NCBI GenBank assembly: GCA_036833315.1
Contig: DAITPY010000003.1
Coordinates: 2,745-66,744 of the forward strand
Direction of reading: 5' to 3'
DNA length: 64,000 nucleotides
Origin: Candidatus Dormiibacterota bacterium
GTDB lineage: Bacteria; Chloroflexota; Dormibacteria; Aeolococcales; Aeolococcaceae
Below are positions 44,079 to 53,503 of this stretch, in pieces; position 1 is the first letter of the stretch; the number at the start of each line of letters is the position of its first letter. Position numbers and translations under genes: made by a program. The notes under the pieces were generated by a model. The model saw only the letters and a list, made by a program, of their open reading frames with translations, had not been told where the DNA came from and ran no database searches.

Positions 44079-44390
44079 GCGATTGTATTGGCGAGCGCGT
44101 CATCGCCCCGCTGCGATCGACCCGCGCGCTCCGGTTTGTCCAGGTGCGGTCCCGAGCTGAGCCCAAGAGTCAACGCGGTGAACCAGGCTGCCGACGTTGC
44201 CGCTCGTGTCGCAGAGCACCTGCGCATCGCGCGCCTGCTCGAGGATCACGGCGACGCCATCGGAGCGATCCTCGCCTATCGCGAGGTCATCCGCGATGGC
44301 ATCGAGCCGGCCGCGCACGATGCCCGACTTCGGGTTGCAGCCCTCGCCCGGACTGCTTTGCCGGCGAGTACCCGGTAGCGCGCGGAAAGC

Positions 44391-44915
44391 TCAGACGCCG
44401 CCCGGGGGACGCGCCGGCGCAGCCGGGGCCGAGGGCGCGTTCATGGTGGCCAGCAACTCGTTGTAGAACGCCTCCGCCTTGGGGATCCGGTGCAGGACCT
44501 CGACGCCATCACGACCGGCGGACTCGATCTCGATATCGCCGGCGCCGATCAGGCGGTCGCCGAGCGGCCGGTGGATGACCGTGTTCTGAATGCGGTCGAG
44601 CGGGATCGTCTCCGCGGTTCTCGAGAGGATGCCCCCCTCCATGACGATTCGCTTGTCGGTGAGGTGATAGGTGGCGAATCGCCACTGCAGCACCCGCAGC
44701 CCCGCCCAGAGGACCGCTGCGATGATCAGGACCAGCACGATCACCGTCTTGACGGTCGTGATCGAGAGACTGCCGATCTTCGCGGGCACGATCGCGTTGA
44801 GCACCAATGCCACGACCACGACGACGATGGCCCCCAGGACGTGACCGGCGATCACCGACCAGTGCTGGCGGACCAGTGCGATTGATCGCTCTCCTGGCAT
44901 CAACTGTGTCGGCAT
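44391..44915 (-). CDS. Bacterial PH domain (bPH_2/YdbS-like) membrane protein
   Basis: Two N-terminal TM helices, then YHLTDKRIVMEGGILSRTAETIPLDRIQ. Confidence 0.75.
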   Translation of the reverse strand: MPTQLMPGERSIALVRQHWSVIAGHVLGAIVVVVVALVLNAIVPAKIGSLSITTVKTVIVLVLIIAAVLWAGLRVLQWRFATYHLTDKRIVMEGGILSRTAETIPLDRIQNTVIHRPLGDRLIGAGDIEIESAGRDGVEVLHRIPKAEAFYNELLATMNAPSAPAAPARPPGGV

Positions 44916-44948
44916 CTCTTACCTCGTCGAACCCTGGCGTGGTGCGGG

Positions 44949-45701
44949 TCACGGACCGAGATACAGGATGAGCGCTGCGCCCGCACAGAGGAACGGACCA
45001 TAGGGTATCGGGTCCTTGAGCTTCCGGATGCGTGTCACCAGCAGCACGATCGCTGCCGCCCCACCGACAAACACCCCGGCGACCACGGCGTACACCGCAC
45101 CGAGGTGAGCGCTGGTCGGCCCCGCGCCGGTGAGCGCGCCGACCAGGGCGCCGAGCTTGGCGTCCCCCAGGCCGATGCTGCCGCGCGAGACAAGGTTCTG
45201 CACCAGGAAGAACGCCGCCACGCCCACCGCGCCGATCACCGCACTGGTCACGGTCAGCCCCGGTGACCACTCGCTGAGCAGCACCGCGAGCAGGATGCTC
45301 GGATAGGTGATGACGTTGAGGATGAGGCGATGCTTGAGGTCGAAGTCGACGATCTGGACGAACACGGCGATCCAGAGCAGGTGGATGAGCAGTCCCCACC
45401 CCAAGGCCTCGTGCGCGGCGAAAGCGCCGAATCCGATTGCGCCGAGCGCCGGCGACATCCACCGTTCCATCCAGGTCCAGCCGTAACGCTCGCCCTTCCA
45501 CGGACGTGGCGCGACGCTCTCCTCCCCTGCCTCGGCGGCGCGGGCTTGCTCGACCGCAATATCGCGCTCGTACTCCAGGCGCTCCTCGCGCTCCTCCTCC
45601 TCGAGCTTCTCGCGCCGCTCCAGAGCGACCGCGAGCCAACCGGAGCCCAGCCCGACCACGCCACCGGCGACGGTGATGCCGGCCACGACGAGGGGAGTCA
45701 C
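44949..45701 (-). CDS. A24 family (prepilin-type) aspartic peptidase-like membrane protein
   Basis: Trimmed to GTG 45701 (GTGA overlap with aroE stop). Catalytic-type motifs VDFDLKHRLI and GLGDAKLGALVG. Glu/Arg-rich cytoplasmic insert ERREKLEEEEREERLEYERD. Confidence 0.75.
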   Translation of the reverse strand: MTPLVVAGITVAGGVVGLGSGWLAVALERREKLEEEEREERLEYERDIAVEQARAAEAGEESVAPRPWKGERYGWTWMERWMSPALGAIGFGAFAAHEALGWGLLIHLLWIAVFVQIVDFDLKHRLILNVITYPSILLAVLLSEWSPGLTVTSAVIGAVGVAAFFLVQNLVSRGSIGLGDAKLGALVGALTGAGPTSAHLGAVYAVVAGVFVGGAAAIVLLVTRIRKLKDPIPYGPFLCAGAALILYLGP

Positions 45702-46534
45702 GCCTCGACAGCCCCCAGCAGGGCGTTGCGCACAGCCCCGGCCGGCGCGGCGATGCCCGTCCAGACGGCGAAGCTCAACAATCCCTGCTGGAGCAACATC
45801 TCGAGCCCATCGGTTGCGCTGTGACCGGACTCGAGTGCAGCGCCGACCACGTCGACCGGGCGCGGGCGGTAGCGGATGTCGACGACCGTGGCCGCCGCCG
45901 GCAAGGCGCGCGGATCGAACGGCAGCGATGCGAGGCCTGCCGAGGTGGCATTGACCACGATCGCCCCGTGGGCGCCGGCGCGAGCGATCGCATCCTGATC
46001 CCACGCCACAGTCGCGATGTCCCCGGATCCGCGGAGCCGCTGGACGAGGCTTGCGGCCGCTTCGGGATTGCGCGCCGCGATGCGCAGGCGTAGCAGCGGC
46101 ACCCGGGTGAGCGCGAGCGCGACCGCTGCGGCAGCCCCGCCGGCGCCGAGCACGAGCGCGGTGGCACCCTGGCGCGGCCACATGCGTGCCTCGCTCAACG
46201 CGAGCTCGAATCCGTCGCCGTCAGTGGTCATGCCGATCAGACGACCGCCGCGAACCGTGACGGTGTTGACGACTCGGAGCGTCTCGGCGTCGCCGTCGAG
46301 GCGGTCGCATCGAGCCGCCATGTCGGCCTTGTACGGAGTGGTCACGTTGCAGCCCGTGTAGCGCCCGGCGCGAAGCTCGGTGGTGAACGCGTCCAGGTCC
46401 GAGGCGTCGAGGTCGCGGAGCGCGTAGGTGCCCTCGATCCCCGAGGCCAGCATCGCTGCCTGGTGCATCACCGCGCTCGGCGATCGCGAGATTCCCTTGC
46501 CGATGAGGCACAGGCGCAGCGGTGTCGTTGTCAT
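45698..46534 (-). CDS. aroE: Shikimate dehydrogenase
   Basis: LIGKGISRSPSAVMHQAA...NVTTPYK...LGAGGAA. Confidence 0.9.
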   Translation of the reverse strand: MTTTPLRLCLIGKGISRSPSAVMHQAAMLASGIEGTYALRDLDASDLDAFTTELRAGRYTGCNVTTPYKADMAARCDRLDGDAETLRVVNTVTVRGGRLIGMTTDGDGFELALSEARMWPRQGATALVLGAGGAAAAVALALTRVPLLRLRIAARNPEAAASLVQRLRGSGDIATVAWDQDAIARAGAHGAIVVNATSAGLASLPFDPRALPAAATVVDIRYRPRPVDVVGAALESGHSATDGLEMLLQQGLLSFAVWTGIAAPAGAVRNALLGAVEA

Positions 46535-46992
46535 CGATGTGCGCGTGCCGTGGCGAGGCGGCGTGCGTCGAGCCAGGATTGCAGCAGGACGGTGGCCGCG
46601 ACCGCATCGATGACCCCGCGGCGGCGGCGTCTCCGGACGCCGCTCTCGATCAGGGAGCGCTCAGCAAGCGCCGTCGTGAATCGCTCATCCCAGAACTCGA
46701 TCGGCGCCGAAGCGCGTTGTTCCAACTCGGCCGCGAACCGGCGCGCGTGTTCGGCGGCGTCGCCCTCACTCCCGTCGAGCCGTCGCGGCAAACCGATCAC
46801 CACTCGCTCCACCCGGCGATCTTCCATCTCGCGCGCGAGACGCGCCCACAGCGTGCGCGGGTCGTTCGGAACCGTGGCCAGCGGTGACGCCAGCGTGCGC
46901 GTCTCGTCGGAGACGGCAAGCCCGATGCGCACCGAGCCGACGTCGATGCCGAGAACCCGCGTGCGGCCGGTGCCTTCCCCGGCCGGGGTCAC
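46531..46992 (-). CDS. ruvX: Holliday junction resolvase-like pre-16S rRNA nuclease RuvX/YqgF
   Basis: Trimmed to GTG 46992 (GTGA overlap with upstream stop). VLGIDVGSVRIGLAVSD. Confidence 0.9.
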   Translation of the reverse strand: MTPAGEGTGRTRVLGIDVGSVRIGLAVSDETRTLASPLATVPNDPRTLWARLAREMEDRRVERVVIGLPRRLDGSEGDAAEHARRFAAELEQRASAPIEFWDERFTTALAERSLIESGVRRRRRRGVIDAVAATVLLQSWLDARRLATARAHR

Positions 46993-48770
46993 GGCGAGGG
47001 TGTCGGGGTCGACGCGGGCGTCGAAGGGGCGACGAAGTTCTCGTCGATCTCGATTCGCGACGCGAAGAGCGGCAGGTAGAAGAGCTGGAATGGCGACTCT
47101 GCAACGTGCACGTTCTGGACTTTGGGCAGGCGATTCTTGACGATGCTCGCCGCGCTGCCCGGATTGCGGCCCGTGAGCTGCGACTTCAGCGCATTCAAGT
47201 CGACCTGGGGCTGGCTGAAATCGGTGGCCGAGCAGGCGAGCACCACCGTCCCGTTGGTGCTCGCCTGGGTCACCGTGCATGGTGGCGTGGAGAGCTTGCC
47301 GGGCGCGAGCTGGTCCCCCGGCTTGAGCAATTTGTCGAGGTCGGCGAGGACGTCGGTGCGCACCGCGACGGGATCGTAGGCTGCCGCCTGAGCACTCGCG
47401 GTGATGCTGATCTGGGTCGTGGCGAACTGCTTGTTGACGGCAGGGAGCGCCGGGGTTATCGCGAACACGATGGTCTTGCCATTGCCGCTGGGATCGACGG
47501 CGAACGCCTTGCCGGCCGCCCTGGCCTGCAGGTCGGTGTTGAGCTGGGAGGTGAGCTGAGCCTCGACCGCCTGGACCTGGGCGGTCCACTGGGCTAGATC
47601 GGCCGCGCTCGCCGAGGTGACGGTCTTGGCGTCAATACCGCCGCCGGCCGCATTCGGGTTGGTGACATTGATCGAGTGGTAATTGGCGTCGCTGCCGAAG
47701 CAAGCAATGAATTTGCTGTGCGCGTTGGGCGGCTCGGGCGATGGGCATGGATCACTCGGCCAGTTGGTGAGCTGGTTGGCGGTCACCTGGTTCCCCTGCG
47801 CCCCGGAGGTGGTGTCGGCCACCGCAGCCGATGCATTCGGCTTTGCCCCGCCACACGAACCAGTGGTTGCGGGGTTGCCGTTGGGGCCGATGCAGATGTA
47901 CGTGGTCTTGCTGACCGCGAAGGTCGCACTTCCTCCTGCCTGGGCGATCTCATTGCCCTGGGGCAGCGAGAATTGAAATCCGTCGGGATTGTCGGTGCTG
48001 AACACCACCTTGGTGCTGGCCGCTACCGCGGCGATGGGAAGCGTTCCGGTCGGAGTTGCCTGAAACGTCTGGTTTGCGGTGCTCGTGATCACCTTCGTGA
48101 GCACGTGGTCGGGCTTGCTCGCCACGCTCGCGCTGGTGCTCCCCTGGATCGTCGCGTTCACCGACAGCGGCGTTGCCGCGAGGGTGAGGGTGACCTTCGC
48201 CGACGGGCTCAGGGTCATGAAGAGCACGATGCCGAGGATCGCGACCGCGGCGCCGGCGGCGTAGAGCAGACGGCGCCGGTCCCAACCACGTGATGGGCGC
48301 GCCGGCGGTATCTGGGTGATCACCCGTCGCGGCTCTAGCCTGGCGGTCGTCGGTGCGTGCGCCGGCGGAGTCATCGTCGGCGGCGCGGGCGGCGGCGCCG
48401 GCGGTGGCGCGAGGACCGCTGCGGCAGCGGCGCCGCCGGCTGCCCCAGCGGCGGCGTTGCGAGCCTGTCCAGCCCCACCCAGGCGCGGCGCCGCGAGCTC
48501 GATTCCCCGCTCGAAGGCGGGCACCGACCCGTACACCTGGAGCCCATTGGCGCGGGCGAGCTGCTGGACGCGCGGATCCTCGCTGACGATCGCCGTCCGC
48601 CGGCCCGACTGACTGCTGAGCTGCGCCAGCAGGCGGACGTTCAGCGGTGTCTGCAGGGCGCGGCTCGAGGTGGGGACGACCAGGCCCACGTCAGGATCGC
48701 CGGAGGCACGGACGCGATCGATGAGATCGACGATCTCGTCATCGGGCTTGGCTACGACCACAGCAGGCAT
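46989..48770 (-). CDS. Uncharacterised single-pass membrane protein (cytoplasmic N-domain, Ala/Pro linker, TM, about 390-aa extracytoplasmic region)
   Basis: 593-aa ORF: MPAVVVAKPDDEIVDLIDRVRASGDPDVGLVVP..., TM LLYAAGAAVAILGIVLFMTL, then a Thr/Ser/Ala-rich beta-type domain with several Cys. No family recognised. Confidence 0.7.
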   Translation of the reverse strand: MPAVVVAKPDDEIVDLIDRVRASGDPDVGLVVPTSSRALQTPLNVRLLAQLSSQSGRRTAIVSEDPRVQQLARANGLQVYGSVPAFERGIELAAPRLGGAGQARNAAAGAAGGAAAAAVLAPPPAPPPAPPTMTPPAHAPTTARLEPRRVITQIPPARPSRGWDRRRLLYAAGAAVAILGIVLFMTLSPSAKVTLTLAATPLSVNATIQGSTSASVASKPDHVLTKVITSTANQTFQATPTGTLPIAAVAASTKVVFSTDNPDGFQFSLPQGNEIAQAGGSATFAVSKTTYICIGPNGNPATTGSCGGAKPNASAAVADTTSGAQGNQVTANQLTNWPSDPCPSPEPPNAHSKFIACFGSDANYHSINVTNPNAAGGGIDAKTVTSASAADLAQWTAQVQAVEAQLTSQLNTDLQARAAGKAFAVDPSGNGKTIVFAITPALPAVNKQFATTQISITASAQAAAYDPVAVRTDVLADLDKLLKPGDQLAPGKLSTPPCTVTQASTNGTVVLACSATDFSQPQVDLNALKSQLTGRNPGSAASIVKNRLPKVQNVHVAESPFQLFYLPLFASRIEIDENFVAPSTPASTPTPSP

Positions 48771-48779
48771 CAGGCGCCT

Positions 48780-50045
48780 CTATACCTTCATCGTCTTCAA
48801 AACTCGGCGCATGAGCCCGCCCAGGGGCTCGTCGGCGTCATCTTCCAGCGTCACGGCGTGACGCGCAAGCCCCATCGGGGTCACGTCCTGACTTCCGACC
48901 AGCAGGCCGGTGGTGTCATACACGCCCGGAACGTCACCTGGGCCGAGTACTTTCACGGTCGGCGGTCGGGTGAAGGGCACGGTGTCCGCCCAGTCGAGGA
49001 TGCGGAGCTGCTCGGCGACCTCGGGAAGGGCGGCGCCCCCACCGGCAAGGCAGATCGACCCCGGGAGCGGGTCGGGTCCGGCGAGCTCTTCGAGGGTGAG
49101 GGCGACCCCCTGAGCGAGGACCTCGGCGGTCGGGGTCAGCGCTCGACGGGCCAGGGCGCTCTGCTCGGCCGCGAGACGGCCCTCGGCGTGCGCCACCTTG
49201 AAGCGCTCCGCCTCATCGAGGTCCATGGAGAGATCGGTGGCCAGGCGTTTGGTGAACGACCGCCCTCCGAGCGCGAACATGCGCGTCGCCTCGATGCCCC
49301 CGCGGCGGACCACGGCGATGTCGGTGGTGCCACCGCCGACGTCGACGAAGATCGCGCCAAGCTCGTGGGACTCGGCGGACGAGGCTCCGCGCGCCAGGGC
49401 GTAGGGTTCGGCGACCGTCGCCACCAGCTCGAGATCGAGCTCCTGAGCGATCGCCTGCAACGCGCCGATATGGGTGAGCGGTGCAAAGGTGTTGAACACG
49501 GTGATCTCGACGACGTGGCCCTGGAAATCGACAGGGTTGCTCACCGCGTAGCCGTCGATGCGCACCGAGGTGATCGTGCTGTGCACAAGCTTGACGTTCA
49601 CCTCCTGGACGCCGAGGTCGTGGGACATCTGGCGCACCGCCTCGCGCAGGGCTCGACGCTGCACCGCCTGCAGCGCGGTGGCGAGGTCGGCCTGGGTAAT
49701 CCGCGCTTGAGGCTGCGGCCTCGGCACCGTCATGGTGGTGCTGAAACCGCGCACCTGCTCGCCGGCGATGCCGATGACCGCCTGGCCCGGGATGGTCTCG
49801 CACATGTCCTCTGCTTCGGTCAGGGCTCGGTCGCAGTTGTCGATCACCGCCTGGAGATCGGCGACCGCACCGGCCTGCATGTGGGTCTGCGCCTGGCGCA
49901 CCTTGCCGACCCCGAGCACGATGCCCTTGTCGCCCTCGCGCTTGACGATCAGCGCCTTGACGAACTCGGTGCCGATGTCGAGCACGGTGTAGTGGCTCTG
50001 GAATTCCTCCCGACGCTTGAGCAGGGCGAATTTGCGCTTCGACAT
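48780..50045 (-). CDS. FtsA-like actin/Hsp70-fold ATPase
   Basis: 421 aa. Phosphate motifs VLDIGTEFVKAL and IFVDVGGGTTDIAVV. C-terminal basic/hydrophobic LMRRVLKTMKV. The ATG overlaps the alaS stop by 1 nt. Confidence 0.8.
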   Translation of the reverse strand: MSKRKFALLKRREEFQSHYTVLDIGTEFVKALIVKREGDKGIVLGVGKVRQAQTHMQAGAVADLQAVIDNCDRALTEAEDMCETIPGQAVIGIAGEQVRGFSTTMTVPRPQPQARITQADLATALQAVQRRALREAVRQMSHDLGVQEVNVKLVHSTITSVRIDGYAVSNPVDFQGHVVEITVFNTFAPLTHIGALQAIAQELDLELVATVAEPYALARGASSAESHELGAIFVDVGGGTTDIAVVRRGGIEATRMFALGGRSFTKRLATDLSMDLDEAERFKVAHAEGRLAAEQSALARRALTPTAEVLAQGVALTLEELAGPDPLPGSICLAGGGAALPEVAEQLRILDWADTVPFTRPPTVKVLGPGDVPGVYDTTGLLVGSQDVTPMGLARHAVTLEDDADEPLGGLMRRVLKTMKV

Positions 50046-52651
50046 CAGGCGGCGTGCCCCATCGCGCTGGCGATCGCCGAGCGCAGCTGCGACACCGCCG
50101 CCTCGCGCTTGGCCGGATCGCCGACCTTGCCGCGTCCGAGCTCCGGGCGTCCACCGCCCCTGCCTCCGGTGATGTCAGCCGCCTCCTTCACGAGCGAGCC
50201 GGCGTCGACGCCGGCTTCGAGCGCCCTGCCGCCCACTTTGACCACCAGCGTGCCCGGTCCGAGCACCGCCACGACGCCGTCGCCCTGGAGGCTCTCGGCG
50301 AGGAGCCGGTCACCAGCCAGGGCGACCGCCTCTGCGTCCGCATCGCCGTCGAGCACGAGGTGCGCGAAGCGGACGCCCCCGGCATCCTCGACGACCGCGG
50401 CGTCGGTCGCGACGCTGGAGGGGCCCGCCTGGCGGGCATGACTGACGTCACGGCTCAGCCGTTTGACCTGCTCCTGGAGGGCCGCGACCCGTGCCGGAAC
50501 ATCCTCCGGTCGAGCCTTGAGCTCGCGCGCCGCCAGGTGCAGCGCGGTTCCGGTGCGCTGCCATCGCTCCTCGGCGCCCTCTCCCGAGACGAGCTCGATG
50601 CGCCGGATCCCCTGACCGATGCTGCTCTCGGAGACGATCATCGCGGCGCCGAGATCACCACTCCGGGTGGCGTGGGTGCCACCGCACAGCTCGCGCGACC
50701 ATCCTCCGAAATCGACGACGCGGACGTCGGGCGTGTACGCCTCGTCGATCAACGCGATCGCACCGCTCTCCCGAGCGTCGGCCAGGGGCATGAGCGCCAC
50801 CGTCCGCTCCAGGTTGCGGCGGATCCCATCGTTGACGCGATGCTCGATGTCCGCGAGCTCGGCGGCGGTGAGCGCACGAGAGAACGAGAAGTCGAAGGTC
50901 GTGTGGTCGGGGCCGACGTACGAGCCCCGCTGGACCACGCCCGAGCCCAGAACGTCGCGCAGCGCGCGGTTGAGCAGGTGGGTGGCGCTGTGGTTGCGGG
51001 CGACCCGTCCGCGCCGGTCCGCGTCGACCCGAGCGTCGACGGGCTGCCCGGTGCGGAGGTCCCCCGACTCCACGCTGACGTGATGGGCGCGGGCGTCGCT
51101 GCCCGCGACGGGCTGGGTGTCACGGACAATCGCAGTGCCACCCGGCCAGTGCAGCGTCCCCGTGTCGCCCACCTGTCCGCCCGCCTCCGCATAGAACGGC
51201 GAGACGTCGAGGAGCACGACCCCGTCGTCGCCGGCGGTGAGGACGGGGAGCGCAGGCTCGAGGCCGATCCGAACCACCGTCGCCTCCGCTTCGAGCTCGT
51301 CGTACCCGATGAAGCGCGTCGGCGGCAGTGCCTCCGCGCCGGCGAAGCCGCCGCGGCGAGCCGACGCCTGCCCGCGTTCGCGCTGCTCGTGCATCGCCGC
51401 CTCGAAGCCGTCGAGGTCCACCGTCGCCCCACGTTCGCCTGCCATCTCGACCGTTAACTCGATCGGCAGCCCGAAGGTGTCATAGAGGCGGAACGCGTCG
51501 ACGCCGTCGATGCGCTTTCCGCTCCGGGCGAGGAGCCCGGCCAGGCGCTCGGTGCCCGCGTCGAGCGTGCGCGCGAAGGCGTCTTCCTCGATCCGGAGCG
51601 TTTCCTCGATCAGGCTCTGGTGCTCGACGAGCTCGGGATAGATCGGCCCCATCACCCCGACGAGGTCCCGCGTCCCGGCGGCGAGGCCTCCCGTGACGGC
51701 GACGCGGCGGGCGTGCACGGCCGCGCGCCGGACGAGCCTGCGGAGCACGTAGCCTCGCCCCTCGTTCGCCGGGAGGACTCCGGCGGCGATCAGAAAGCCC
51801 GCTCCGCGAAGGTGGTCGGCAAGGACGTAGAGCGAGCGAACCTCTCCCGGATCGACGACCGCAGCGGCGGCGCGCCCCCGGAAGCCCTCGACCATCGGAG
51901 CGAAGTGGTCGGTCGCGTACCCGGTGCGGTCACCCTGGGCGATGGCCACGATCCGGTCGAAGCCCAGGCCGGTGTCGACGACCGGCTTCGGCAGCTTCGG
52001 CAGGGAGCCGTCGGGTTGCTGGTCGAACTCCATGAACACGAGGTTCCAGAACTCTTCCCAGCGGTCGCCGCCGCATTCGTCCTCCGGTGTGCAATCCGTC
52101 CGTCCGCAGGAGCACGGACCGCCCCAGTCGAAATACAGCTCACTGTCGTAGCCGCAGGGTCCAGTCGGTCCCGCCGCCCACCAGTTCTCGGTCAGGCGCG
52201 AGATGCGCTCTCTGGGGACGCCGATCTTCTCCACCCAGAGCCGCTCCGAGTCGACGTCGTCCGGGTAGATGCTGGGCCAGAGGCGGTCGGGGTCGAGGCC
52301 GAGCACGTCGGTGGAGAACTCCCACGCGTAGTCGATCGCGCCTTCCTTGAAGTAATGGCCGATCGACCAGTTGCCGAGCATCTCGAAAAAGGTGTGATGC
52401 GTGGGGTCACCGACCGATGAGATGTCGTCGTATTTCAGGCCGGCGCCACGAAAGCATTTCTGACACGACGCCAGGTCAGACGATGGCGGCGTGCGCTGTC
52501 CGGTGATCCACGGTTTGAGCGGCACCATGCCGGCCACGGTGAAGAGAAGCGACGGATCGTCGTGGGGAATGAGCGAGAAACTCGCGAGCCGGTGATGCCC
52601 ACGCTCCTCGAAGAAGCGAAGAAATCGCTCCCGGATCTCAGCGCTGCGCAC
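50045..52651 (-). CDS. alaS: Alanine--tRNA ligase
   Basis: 868 aa, ...FLRFFEERGHHRLAS...; GTG start at 52651. Confidence 0.95.
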   Translation of the reverse strand: MRSAEIRERFLRFFEERGHHRLASFSLIPHDDPSLLFTVAGMVPLKPWITGQRTPPSSDLASCQKCFRGAGLKYDDISSVGDPTHHTFFEMLGNWSIGHYFKEGAIDYAWEFSTDVLGLDPDRLWPSIYPDDVDSERLWVEKIGVPRERISRLTENWWAAGPTGPCGYDSELYFDWGGPCSCGRTDCTPEDECGGDRWEEFWNLVFMEFDQQPDGSLPKLPKPVVDTGLGFDRIVAIAQGDRTGYATDHFAPMVEGFRGRAAAAVVDPGEVRSLYVLADHLRGAGFLIAAGVLPANEGRGYVLRRLVRRAAVHARRVAVTGGLAAGTRDLVGVMGPIYPELVEHQSLIEETLRIEEDAFARTLDAGTERLAGLLARSGKRIDGVDAFRLYDTFGLPIELTVEMAGERGATVDLDGFEAAMHEQRERGQASARRGGFAGAEALPPTRFIGYDELEAEATVVRIGLEPALPVLTAGDDGVVLLDVSPFYAEAGGQVGDTGTLHWPGGTAIVRDTQPVAGSDARAHHVSVESGDLRTGQPVDARVDADRRGRVARNHSATHLLNRALRDVLGSGVVQRGSYVGPDHTTFDFSFSRALTAAELADIEHRVNDGIRRNLERTVALMPLADARESGAIALIDEAYTPDVRVVDFGGWSRELCGGTHATRSGDLGAAMIVSESSIGQGIRRIELVSGEGAEERWQRTGTALHLAARELKARPEDVPARVAALQEQVKRLSRDVSHARQAGPSSVATDAAVVEDAGGVRFAHLVLDGDADAEAVALAGDRLLAESLQGDGVVAVLGPGTLVVKVGGRALEAGVDAGSLVKEAADITGGRGGGRPELGRGKVGDPAKREAAVSQLRSAIASAMGHAA

Positions 52652-52684
52652 GTGAAAATAAATGTGACCGCAAGTTGACGAATT

Positions 52685-53503
52685 CTACACGGGCGCCTCG
52701 GTTCCGAACTCCTTGCGCAGGTGTTCGACCGCCGCGCGCTGCAATCGTGAGACGTGCATCTGCGAGATGCCAAGCCGTTTTGCCACCTCGGTCTGCGGCA
52801 GTTGTTCGACAAATCGCAGTGCCAGGATCTTGCGCTCGCGAGGGGTCAGGTGAGCCATCACCTGCTCGAGCACCTCCTGCATCTCCACGCGCTCGAGGTT
52901 GTCGTCGGACAGCCCGATGCGGTCGCCGAGGGTGAGCGGGTCGTCGCCGCTGCCGACGGGCCCGTCGAGCGAGATGGTGTGCTGGGCGGGGGCGACCTCC
53001 ATGGCGGCGAGCACCTGGTCGGGCTCGAGGCCGACCCGCGCGCCGATCTCGGCGACCGACGGCGACCTGCCCAGCTCGTTCTGCAGCTGCTGGGTCGCGG
53101 CGTTCACCTTGGCGAGGTTCTCCTGCAGGCGGCGGGGCACGCGAACCGCCCAGGACCGGTCGCGGAAGTGGCGGCGGATCTCGCCGGCGATGGTCGGGGT
53201 CGCGAAGGTGCTGAACTCGTTCTCGAGGGACGGGTCGAAGCGCTCGATGGCCTGGATCAGACCGAGGAATCCCACCTGCTCGACGTCTTCGAGCGGTTCG
53301 CCACGATTCGCGAAGCGGCGGGCGATGTAGTGGACCAGGTCACTGTTGAGCTCGACGAGCTGTTCACGGATCTTCGGGTCGCGAGTGCGCTGGAACTCGC
53401 GGAGCAGCCGCCGCATCTCGGTCCGTTCCGGCGTCTCCGCTGGTTTGGCAATGGTTCGCTCGCGGGTCGCCACGACGTCGCCGCGCCGCGGCGATGGGGT
53501 CAC
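52685..53503 (-). CDS. RNA polymerase sigma factor, SigB/SigF/SigG (group 3) type
   Basis: Regions 2-4 recognisable: YIARRFANRGEPLEDVEQVGFLGLIQAIERFD and the 4.2 HTH RLGISQMHVSRLQRAA. Confidence 0.9.
   Translation of the reverse strand: MTPSPRRGDVVATRERTIAKPAETPERTEMRRLLREFQRTRDPKIREQLVELNSDLVHYIARRFANRGEPLEDVEQVGFLGLIQAIERFDPSLENEFSTFATPTIAGEIRRHFRDRSWAVRVPRRLQENLAKVNAATQQLQNELGRSPSVAEIGARVGLEPDQVLAAMEVAPAQHTISLDGPVGSGDDPLTLGDRIGLSDDNLERVEMQEVLEQVMAHLTPRERKILALRFVEQLPQTEVAKRLGISQMHVSRLQRAAVEHLRKEFGTEAPV

Noticed and set aside
52652-52684. AT-rich 33-nt spacer before the alaS GTG (TTTATTTTCAC-GTG) as a leaderless promoter.
   Set aside because: The -10-like hexamers are mis-spaced relative to the GTG (the TSS would fall inside or after the start codon) and there is no usable -35. 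The evidence is insufficient to call it.
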